This document shows positions 47,385-55,292 of a stretch of DNA of 61,942 nt, piece by piece. The position numbers and the translations under genes are program-made. The notes beneath the pieces are model-generated. The model did not search any database. It was not told the DNA's origin and saw nothing but the letters and a program-made list of their open reading frames with translations. Source of the DNA: an uncultured bacterium (GTDB lineage: Bacteria; Omnitrophota; Omnitrophia; Omnitrophales; Aquincolibacteriaceae); assembly GCA_964410905.1 (NCBI GenBank), contig CAYPIR010000009.1:1-61942 (forward strand), given 5' to 3'. How positions within the stretch are numbered: position 1 is the stretch's first letter; the number at the start of each line of letters is the position of its first letter.

Positions 47385-48712
47385 GTTAATCCTGCAGACA
47401 TGTTCATAATAAAATATGCTGCTAATACCATGTTTAACAATATAGATATTATTACTAAAGGGAATAATGTCCTCTTTAGTTTTCTATATTTTTGTCTTTT
47501 ATTTCTCAAATTATGCGTAGCACAACTGATGTTGTTAAAAATCCACCTGCGAGATTCAGTATATTTCGCTTCAATTTCTGTTATTTCATCAAGCTTTCCG
47601 TTTTCCATATAAATTTTAATAATTTCTTCAAATGTTGGTTTTAAGGTTTTATTCAAGTATTCTGTTGAATTATTGGATAAATTTTTATACTTCTTATACA
47701 AAGTATCAATTATCTCCGTTCCTTGCTTTAAGTACATATTTTTTAAAACGGTCGCAGGAGACGTATTTTTTGTCTGTTCATCTATTCTTTTTTTTGCTTT
47801 TTTATGAGATTGAATATAGTTTATATCCATACACTTAAAACCATACCGCCAAACAAAAGTAGCTATAAACCACAAAGTCCACCCTCGTTTAACTCCGAAT
47901 ATTTTTTTAAACAAACACAGCCTCCTATGTCTGGCATCTCCTAAATGATTTGCTTTATCATATTTTTTTTGCATTTCGGTGCAAAACACATCTTGCTGAA
48001 AATCAAATAACAATGACAGTTTATAAGAAAACATGCTGTTTAGATTTCGAGTCTTCTTTTTTAAATTTGCAAATGTGCTGTTTTCTCCAACAACATAAAC
48101 CGCCATGATTTTATCGTAGTAGTATATCGGCCCTTTGGAAAGGTGGTAATAGTAAAACAGATAATCTATAGGCAATATTTTCTTTTTTTCGTAATCACAT
48201 TTTCTGAATATCCTCGAGGATGTTAAAAAGAATGGTGCATCCGGATTAAAAGTAACCGGATTTGTGATATCACGCTTAATTATTTCGTGTATATATGATA
48301 AGTGACTAAACCCATCAATCTGCATGGCGTCATGCGCAAAGCCAATATATTCGGGGTTTTGCTCTAAAAAGTTTAAAGCTATTTGAATTTTATTCTCATC
48401 ACACCAATAATCATCTCCATCTATAACACAGAAATACTCCGTATCAATTATTTTAATCGCGGCATATGACTGAAGCTCCAAATACGGCTTCAAAAAAGTG
48501 TTTTCTTTTTGGATTGTTAATTCAATTTTGTCAGGATATTTTTCCGCATATTTGCGACAGATATTTGTAGTATTATCGATGGAACAATCGTCATAGATGT
48601 GAATTTTATAAGAATAATCTGTCTTTTGATTAATAAGACTTTCTATGCATTTTTCAATAGAAGTTTCGTGGTTATAGGTAAATATTATTGCGGTTAATAA
48701 CGGGTTAGTCAT
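47381..48712 (-). CDS. family-2 glycosyltransferase with C-terminal extension and TM tail anchor, paralog B
   Basis: IFTYNHE, YDDCSIDN and DGDDYW motifs, with a C-terminal helix LFPLVIISILLNMVLAAYFIM. It shares an identical 26-nt run with paralog A (48382-48407 versus 44622-44647). Confidence 0.8.
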   Translation of the reverse strand: MTNPLLTAIIFTYNHETSIEKCIESLINQKTDYSYKIHIYDDCSIDNTTNICRKYAEKYPDKIELTIQKENTFLKPYLELQSYAAIKIIDTEYFCVIDGDDYWCDENKIQIALNFLEQNPEYIGFAHDAMQIDGFSHLSYIHEIIKRDITNPVTFNPDAPFFLTSSRIFRKCDYEKKKILPIDYLFYYYHLSKGPIYYYDKIMAVYVVGENSTFANLKKKTRNLNSMFSYKLSLLFDFQQDVFCTEMQKKYDKANHLGDARHRRLCLFKKIFGVKRGWTLWFIATFVWRYGFKCMDINYIQSHKKAKKRIDEQTKNTSPATVLKNMYLKQGTEIIDTLYKKYKNLSNNSTEYLNKTLKPTFEEIIKIYMENGKLDEITEIEAKYTESRRWIFNNISCATHNLRNKRQKYRKLKRTLFPLVIISILLNMVLAAYFIMNMSAGLT

Positions 48713-48720
48713 TCCTTCTT

Positions 48721-49851
48721 CTACACCTTCGCATATATTACTGTTTCGTTACTCATTATGGTGTTATGATTCAGATACAATTTGTATTCTGGAAGTATGC
48801 TTTTAATAAGCCTTGGCAAAACTATTAAGTCATCCTTTTTGTGATAAGCACAAATTGCCAACTTAGGCTTAAATTTTCTTATGGTTTCAACCGCCCCTTT
48901 CAATATGCTCTCTTCGCTTCCTTCCACATCTAGTTTAATGAAGTCAATTTTTTTAATATTATTCTCTTTTACATAATCATCTATAGAGATTGTTTCAAAC
49001 ACCTCAGATTTTGGTAGCTCCCGATTTGAGATCGAAGTGCCAGGGCCATTAAAAACTGCGTAAAGTTTTTCATTTGACTTTAACCCTAATGGCCGTTCTA
49101 CTAGCTCGATTTGATCTTTATACTTGGGGTTAAGTTCCATATTTTTTCTAAATATTTCCAGATTCTCTTTCATAAACTCAAATGAAAAAACTTTGCCTTT
49201 GGTTTTTTTCGCAAAGTATAAAGCGGTATCCCCATAGCACGCCCCGCCATCGATTACATTGTCATTTTCTTCTGCAGTTACAATGTTTTTATACCTGTAT
49301 TGTTCAAGTACAAACTCTATAAGTAGACCGCCAGGACTGAACCATAAAATCACATCATAGCCCAACGGGGTCAAATCATATTTTTTTAATTTTATATTAT
49401 TAAACCAAACGCTAATTTCCTTATCATCAATAGCCAGTTTCGCATAACTGCCCAGTTCATCAAAATACTTAGAGTAATATAAAGGGAATCTCAGCTTCAC
49501 CTTGTTGAAAAGGTTATAAACAATTACATAAAGCATGATTTCTTTTGAATATTCATCTTCCAAGTTGGCATACGTCCATTCAAGGGATTTTAAATCGAGC
49601 TTTTGAAAACTTCTTTTAGCTTTCAGATATTCAAAAAAATTTATTAGCGGATTAGCGCATACTAAAACCGATTCCTTAAAATCAGGTATCTCAGCGCCCT
49701 TATTTTCAGGATATGAGTATGGAATTGCAGATTTAATTAAAGTAAGAAGCCTACTTTTAAAACTTGAAGTTTTGAGCCGCTGAAAACAAAAGTTCGTGAT
49801 CTTCTCATTATGCTTATTAATAGCGCTTGCTATCCGCCTAGTTATTTTCAT
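48721..49851 (-). CDS. FkbM-family methyltransferase
   Basis: VIDGGACYGDTALYFA (SAM motif I), FSFEF and IDFIKLDVEGSE are typical of FkbM-type methyltransferases. 376 aa. Confidence 0.7.
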   Translation of the reverse strand: MKITRRIASAINKHNEKITNFCFQRLKTSSFKSRLLTLIKSAIPYSYPENKGAEIPDFKESVLVCANPLINFFEYLKAKRSFQKLDLKSLEWTYANLEDEYSKEIMLYVIVYNLFNKVKLRFPLYYSKYFDELGSYAKLAIDDKEISVWFNNIKLKKYDLTPLGYDVILWFSPGGLLIEFVLEQYRYKNIVTAEENDNVIDGGACYGDTALYFAKKTKGKVFSFEFMKENLEIFRKNMELNPKYKDQIELVERPLGLKSNEKLYAVFNGPGTSISNRELPKSEVFETISIDDYVKENNIKKIDFIKLDVEGSEESILKGAVETIRKFKPKLAICAYHKKDDLIVLPRLIKSILPEYKLYLNHNTIMSNETVIYAKV

Positions 49852-51041
49852 GACATTCCCCTCTGGGTAAGTAAAGGTAAAAATTTATATTTTTTGTTGT
49901 AAAAATCGCTCAACCCTTTTACCGTTTGTTCTTTTTTATTTATATTCTTTTTAAAGTACGCATAAGTGTTTTGAGATATTTCTTTAAAAATATTTTCATT
50001 ATCAGCGGTTTTTTTTATATCTTCGATAATTTGTGAATACATTTGTTCATAAGAGCCATAAACAAATGGAAATTTTTTTATGTCTCCGCTAGGGAAAAAA
50101 GTGTCGTTATAAACTGTTATTCCAATACTTTGAGCATAATATGGCTGAATATAGTAGCCGTCAAAACCTTCACCAAAAGAAATACAAAACATAGAATCAG
50201 CGATGATATTTAAAAATGCCTTGTAAGATAAATTATTAATTTCTTCGATTTCAAAATTTTTCAGATTGCTTCTTAAGTGCCTAACTATATTGTCTTTATT
50301 AGGGTTGGAATCATTTGAATACAATATTCTTTTTGTTTTATATTTATATTCTTTTTTTACACAATTTTCCAAATCAATGAAAGAAGGTATTTCATATAAC
50401 GGCAGTCGATACTTATTACAAACCTCTTGCGCTGAATATTTTGCAAAACAGGTGGAGTGGGATACGTCCGATGTTAAATTAAATAAATTTTTTATTTTTT
50501 TAAAGTCAGACATAACTTCAATATTTTGATTTAAAATATTGAAACTTAAATTATCTATTTTTTTAAAAAAGTTAACATCCTTCGGACTAAATGTTAGATA
50601 CAAATTACCAGCGTAATATTCAGGAACGTGGACTGTAAGACTGCCCAATTTTTTCGCATTATCACGAATTTGTTCCCATCTGTAAATTTTTTCATCATTT
50701 TCAAACAAATTATTTTGTGCAAAAGTAATATCTCCCGGATATGTAGAAATAATAACTTCCGCGTCAGAAAGAATTTTTCTGGTTATTTTGCAAAGTTGAA
50801 ATATGGCCAATATTCCGCCGGATATAAATTTTTTTCCAGAAATTAAAAATACAACTATTTTTTTTGCTTGTTCAAGTTGTTTTAAATCATAGTTATCTTG
50901 CATCTTTATCGCTGCTTTAGTTGCGACATAATATTTTTTACATTTCAATTTTAATTTTATACCAAGAAAAGTTATAACTTTTCGGCTTCTAACATTTCTT
51001 ATAGAAAAAAATCCTTGATAAATTTTCTTAATTCTATTCAT
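49848..51041 (-). CDS. hypothetical protein, possibly a divergent GT-B-like glycosyltransferase
   Basis: About 397 aa from the ATG at 51041 (the track GTG start is at 51053). No family recognised. IVVFLISGKKFISGG near the N-terminus and FGEGFDGYYIQP near the C-terminus weakly recall GT-B motifs. Confidence 0.45.
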   Translation of the reverse strand: MNRIKKIYQGFFSIRNVRSRKVITFLGIKLKLKCKKYYVATKAAIKMQDNYDLKQLEQAKKIVVFLISGKKFISGGILAIFQLCKITRKILSDAEVIISTYPGDITFAQNNLFENDEKIYRWEQIRDNAKKLGSLTVHVPEYYAGNLYLTFSPKDVNFFKKIDNLSFNILNQNIEVMSDFKKIKNLFNLTSDVSHSTCFAKYSAQEVCNKYRLPLYEIPSFIDLENCVKKEYKYKTKRILYSNDSNPNKDNIVRHLRSNLKNFEIEEINNLSYKAFLNIIADSMFCISFGEGFDGYYIQPYYAQSIGITVYNDTFFPSGDIKKFPFVYGSYEQMYSQIIEDIKKTADNENIFKEISQNTYAYFKKNINKKEQTVKGLSDFYNKKYKFLPLLTQRGMS

Positions 51042-52167
51042 CGAGGACCGCACAAATTTTTTCTACACTAGTCGGAGTTAAATCGCCATAAAAAGGTAAG
51101 CAGAGAACCCTGTTTTTTAAATCATTTGCTACTGGTAAATTTTCCGCGGCTGAAGATTTTAAATTTTCGTAGCACTCATAATCTGAGCATAGCGGATAAA
51201 AATATTTACGCGGTATTATATTTACAGATTTGAATTTTTCATATAATTCATCTCTAGAAAGTGGGTAGCTATCTTTAATTACAATGGGATAATATTGGTA
51301 TGAATTCGTTCCCATCGCTGTCAATTTTGGAATAAATAGACCTGGGATGTTTGAAATATTTTTATCATATATTTTTTTTATTTCGGCGCGTTTTTGTTTT
51401 TCTTCTTCATACAACTCTAAATTCAGCAGCCCCACTGCAGCCTGTATCTCATTCATTTTTCCATTAATTCCAATATCTTCGACTAACTCTTCTGATCGGA
51501 TCCCGAAATTCCGTAAATCATATATTTTTCTGTATAGAGCATCATTGTTATATGTTAGACATCCGCCTTCTATGGTATTAAATAATTTAGTTGCGTGAAA
51601 AGAAAACATTGTAATATCGCCATATTCACCGATGCCTTTTCCGTTTAGCTCTGTAGAAAAAACATGTGCCCCGTCATAAATTACTTTTAAGTTATGTTTC
51701 TTAGCTATTTCTCCAATTCCTTTCACATCACAAGGAAATCCATAGACATGCACTGCAAGAATCGCTGACGTATTGGGCGTTATCATTGATTCTATTTTAG
51801 CTGTATCAATTGTCATTGTATCCGGTTCAATATCACAAAATACCGGTTTTAAACCATTCCACGATATACAGTGAGGGGTTGCCGCAAACGTAAATGGAGT
51901 TGTAATTATTTCACTTCCACAAGGTAAATCTAAAGCTTTTATCGCGGTTAAAAGAGCTATTGTCCCATTATTAAATAAGGAAACATGTGGAACTTTCAAA
52001 ATTTTTTTTAATCTGTGTTCTAAAAGATCATGTTTCCCACCCATATTTGTGACACATTTGCTCTTCCAAATTTCTTTGAGATGCTCTGTTAAGCGATCTA
52101 CGGATGGCAAAAGCGGTTGTGTAATAAATATTTTTTTAAAATTTTTTATTTCTACATTAAAACTCAT
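51034..52167 (-). CDS. DegT/DnrJ/EryC1/StrS-family PLP-dependent sugar aminotransferase
   Basis: FNNGTIAL, YDGAHV and the Schiff-base lysine context FSFHATK. 377 aa. Confidence 0.85.
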   Translation of the reverse strand: MSFNVEIKNFKKIFITQPLLPSVDRLTEHLKEIWKSKCVTNMGGKHDLLEHRLKKILKVPHVSLFNNGTIALLTAIKALDLPCGSEIITTPFTFAATPHCISWNGLKPVFCDIEPDTMTIDTAKIESMITPNTSAILAVHVYGFPCDVKGIGEIAKKHNLKVIYDGAHVFSTELNGKGIGEYGDITMFSFHATKLFNTIEGGCLTYNNDALYRKIYDLRNFGIRSEELVEDIGINGKMNEIQAAVGLLNLELYEEEKQKRAEIKKIYDKNISNIPGLFIPKLTAMGTNSYQYYPIVIKDSYPLSRDELYEKFKSVNIIPRKYFYPLCSDYECYENLKSSAAENLPVANDLKNRVLCLPFYGDLTPTSVEKICAVLDE

Positions 52168-52370
52168 TTTTTACTTTTTCACCTTTTTTTACCTTGCTTT
52201 TTATATAACGCATAGACCTTATGCAGTCAATCGTCATTGCGAGAAAGTTGCAGTCTCGTATTCGTCTGTCGCAAAATCAACAAATCATTTTCTCTTCAAA
52301 ATCAAAAATATACAGATCCTTCAATGTTTGCCGCGAAGGCAAATTGTGCAATACCCGTTGCACTTTCTTT

Positions 52371-53666
52371 TCAAATTAAAATCTTCTTTATCTCAGTCCA
52401 TATTGAATCTGAAACATTTGCGGACAATCCCGCTTTTTTCGCAAAATCTCCCCATTGCGAAATAACAGACTGCGTTTTTTTAATAATAGCACTCGCGTTA
52501 GGGATATGGTGCTTTCTTGCAAAGTTTATGAACTCTTTTTTTGTAACATTTTGAAATTTTCCGTTGACTCCCATCAAATGCTGATTCAACCAAGCGCTGT
52601 TTTTATCGTAGGCGAAAGTTATATCAAAAGCTGGGGACAATTCCCATTCGCCAAAAGAGTTTAATAAAAAGCCATGATTCTTCGTATGGTCATCGCAGTT
52701 GGCTGCCAGATAATTAAAAACCATGCGGATAAAGGCTTGCTCTTTATCTTTGGGCGTCAATTTTTCTATAACATCAAAAAGAATCGCGTAATCGTTTGCT
52801 TGTCTGACATTGTAATCGGCTATAGCCACAGCGCATAGGCTTTGATAATGAAGTTTTTTGGGCAGAGCGGAATCTGACAGTATTCTATCAAACCGTTTGA
52901 CCATAAAATGAGAGCGTTCGCCTTCTAAAAGAAGTTTTGTTTCAGGCATTTTTATGCCCGCTGCTTTTGCCATCAAAGAATAAGCATATTCTATCGCGCA
53001 GTAATTTTGAGCTCCGCTTAACTGATTATTATCTCTATCCACTCCATCAAATTTTAAAAGCCAACTTTCCTTTCCCGCCTGCGGAAATTGTCCAGAAGTT
53101 ATATCCTTGGTTTTGGCATCAATGTTTAATACGGCTTTTGCCCTCGCTCCGCCGGCAGAAGTTCCGACGGAAATAATATCTCTAACCGTTTTTGAGCGCA
53201 TATTTTCATCTTGCAGATTTCCGCTCAATGCTAGTTTTGCGGCATCGACAAGTTCGGATATTTGAATGATATCCGGCTGTTGTTTGTTTCTTGGACCAAT
53301 AACAGGCTTATACTCCAAGGCTCCCATACCGCGTTTTCCAGTATAAGCAAGTCTGTCAAGCGCCGTAATTTGAGAATAAGAGGCGCCGCGCGCGAGCAAT
53401 TCCGATGTAACTATAGAATTGCCGAATTTGTCAGGCAGACTATCTATCAAAGCCGGCGGAAGTCCATAAAATGTTTCTGAATTCAATCCGTTAAAAATAT
53501 ATTGTTTTTGCTCTAAAGGCAGATTGATAGGCGATATTGGAAAACCGTTTTGCAGCCATTTGGGAGAATATTCAAAAATAAAATTTTTTGAAACAGAGCT
53601 TTTGCTTACCGCCCCAACAGTTAATCCGTTTAAGATAACCTCCACAACTTCTACAGAATTAAACAT
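52371..53666 (-). CDS. hipA: HipA-family serine/threonine kinase toxin
   Basis: HipA N-terminal coupling region plus the kinase core with the NCDDHTKNHGFLL catalytic motif. 431 aa. It overlaps hipB by 8 nt. Confidence 0.85.
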   Translation of the reverse strand: MFNSVEVVEVILNGLTVGAVSKSSVSKNFIFEYSPKWLQNGFPISPINLPLEQKQYIFNGLNSETFYGLPPALIDSLPDKFGNSIVTSELLARGASYSQITALDRLAYTGKRGMGALEYKPVIGPRNKQQPDIIQISELVDAAKLALSGNLQDENMRSKTVRDIISVGTSAGGARAKAVLNIDAKTKDITSGQFPQAGKESWLLKFDGVDRDNNQLSGAQNYCAIEYAYSLMAKAAGIKMPETKLLLEGERSHFMVKRFDRILSDSALPKKLHYQSLCAVAIADYNVRQANDYAILFDVIEKLTPKDKEQAFIRMVFNYLAANCDDHTKNHGFLLNSFGEWELSPAFDITFAYDKNSAWLNQHLMGVNGKFQNVTKKEFINFARKHHIPNASAIIKKTQSVISQWGDFAKKAGLSANVSDSIWTEIKKILI

Positions 53667-53940
53667 GTTTACGCACCCTCTGAGGCAGTCTTTGCTTTTT
53701 TAATTCGCGAAGTTTTTGCATGGGAGATTCTTGCTCTTTTGGAATTAAGTTTTCAAAAACATAATTTTTATCAACAGTATCCATATAAAGCAAAAAGGTT
53801 TTTAAAGTTGATCCCTTCCCGGTTTCTAAATTTGCCACAGCGGATAAGGATATATTCCCCTTACTCGCAAGTTCTTGCTGGGTAAGATTTTTTTGAATTC
53901 TTAAATTTTTTAGTATTTTGCCGAACGATTGTTCATCCAT
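53659..53940 (-). CDS. hipB: HipB-like XRE-family HTH antitoxin
   Basis: LKNLRIQKNLTQQELASKGNISLSAVANLETGKG is a helix-turn-helix. 93 aa, directly upstream of and overlapping hipA. Confidence 0.8.
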   Translation of the reverse strand: MDEQSFGKILKNLRIQKNLTQQELASKGNISLSAVANLETGKGSTLKTFLLYMDTVDKNYVFENLIPKEQESPMQKLRELKKQRLPQRVRKHV

Positions 53941-54204
53941 AACAGAATGATAGCATAATAATTGTTGAAAATCGAGTATTCATATTGTTTTTTTACGTAA
54001 CTACTGTAAATAAAATTGTTATGCGTCAATTTGTGCTTTATAAGATAAGCGGTTGCTTAATTTCACCGTATTTTTGATAGGTTTTTTCATAAAAGCCAAA
54101 CTCCTTTAACTTTTAACCTATCACCCTTTTAAGACGCATAGACAAGAGCCTCTTTTTTTCAACCAAAATAGCAACTTTTTTTGACCTTTACATCCTTTTG
54201 AGGC

Positions 54205-55218
54205 TCAATTATCCTCATTGTTTTCGCTTTCAACGATGTCCGTTAGTTCGCGCAGTTTGCTTTCCAATATTTGTTTATCCGGCAAATGCAACCGATAATC
54301 TGCGACCATCGCTGGCGACAGTGTGCGGGATAAAGCATATTCAACCACTGTGTCGTCTTTGGAAGCGCACAAAATCAGCCCAACGCTTGGGTTTTCGTTT
54401 TCTTTCTTTATGTCTCGATCAAGAGATTCCAAATAAAACTGCAACTGTCCTAAGTGTTCCGGCTTAAACCTGCCGATTTTTAATTCTATCGCCACCAAAC
54501 AAGCCAAAGCCCGGTTAAAAAAAAGCAAATCTATAAAAAAATCTGTTTTGCCCACTTGGATTTTGTACTCTTCGCCAATAAATGTAAAATCTTTGCCAAA
54601 TTCCAAAATAAAGTTTTTAAGGTTTGCCACTATGGACTTGCGCAAATCTCTTTCGCTGTGCATTTGCGGAATATCAAGAAATTCTAAAACATAACTGTCG
54701 CGCAAAGCGGAAAGGCTGGTGTTTTTAGAAATAGCAATCTGATTTTTCTTATCCGAAATCATTGTGCGCTCAAACAGCATCGAATCCATTTGTCGTTCTA
54801 ATTCGCGTTTGGAATATTTGTTTTTCATCGCCAAAGTTAAATAAAATTCGCGCGCTTCGTCTGTCTTTGCACCTGTTAATATAATCAAATTATGCGTCCA
54901 ACTAATTTCTCTCACCAGCGGTGAGAGTTTTTCGTTTCTTTCATAAGTTTCGTAAAACTGCCGCATACGCCAAATGTTTTGCGGTGAAAACCCTTTTATG
55001 CCAGCATATTTTTTTTGAATAAAATCAGCCAGACTTTCCACCGCAGAATTGCCCCAACTATCTGTTTTGATTTTCCCGCTAATATATTTACCAATAGCCC
55101 AATACATATCAATCAGCTCTTTGTTTACGGCTTGAAAAGATTTTGTGCGAGCATTATCTATAATAGTGATAATTTCGCCGAAATATCCGTTTTCTTTTTG
55201 TTTAAGTTCTCTCGCCAT
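54205..55218 (-). CDS. DUF1016/YhcG-family PD-(D/E)xK nuclease-domain protein
   Basis: The N-terminal region resembles DUF1016 (NKELIDMYWAIGKYI). The C-terminal TDFFIDLLFFNRALACLVAIELKIG carries a D...E-x-K signature. Start trimmed to the ATG at 55218; the track TTG start is at 55266. Confidence 0.75.
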   Translation of the reverse strand: MARELKQKENGYFGEIITIIDNARTKSFQAVNKELIDMYWAIGKYISGKIKTDSWGNSAVESLADFIQKKYAGIKGFSPQNIWRMRQFYETYERNEKLSPLVREISWTHNLIILTGAKTDEAREFYLTLAMKNKYSKRELERQMDSMLFERTMISDKKNQIAISKNTSLSALRDSYVLEFLDIPQMHSERDLRKSIVANLKNFILEFGKDFTFIGEEYKIQVGKTDFFIDLLFFNRALACLVAIELKIGRFKPEHLGQLQFYLESLDRDIKKENENPSVGLILCASKDDTVVEYALSRTLSPAMVADYRLHLPDKQILESKLRELTDIVESENNEDN

Positions 55219-55292
55219 ATTTGCCAAACCTTTTTGATATACAAATTTTGCAGCAATGCACTGCAAAATCTCTGACTCTATGCCGCTTCTAT

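Noticed and set aside
42001-48712. GT2/WbqC/propeller duplication as an assembly artefact or collapsed repeat
   Set aside because: The copies are substantially diverged at protein and DNA level; the longest identical run seen is 26 nt. They differ in length and are separated by a unique methyltransferase gene. An artefact would give near-identical copies.
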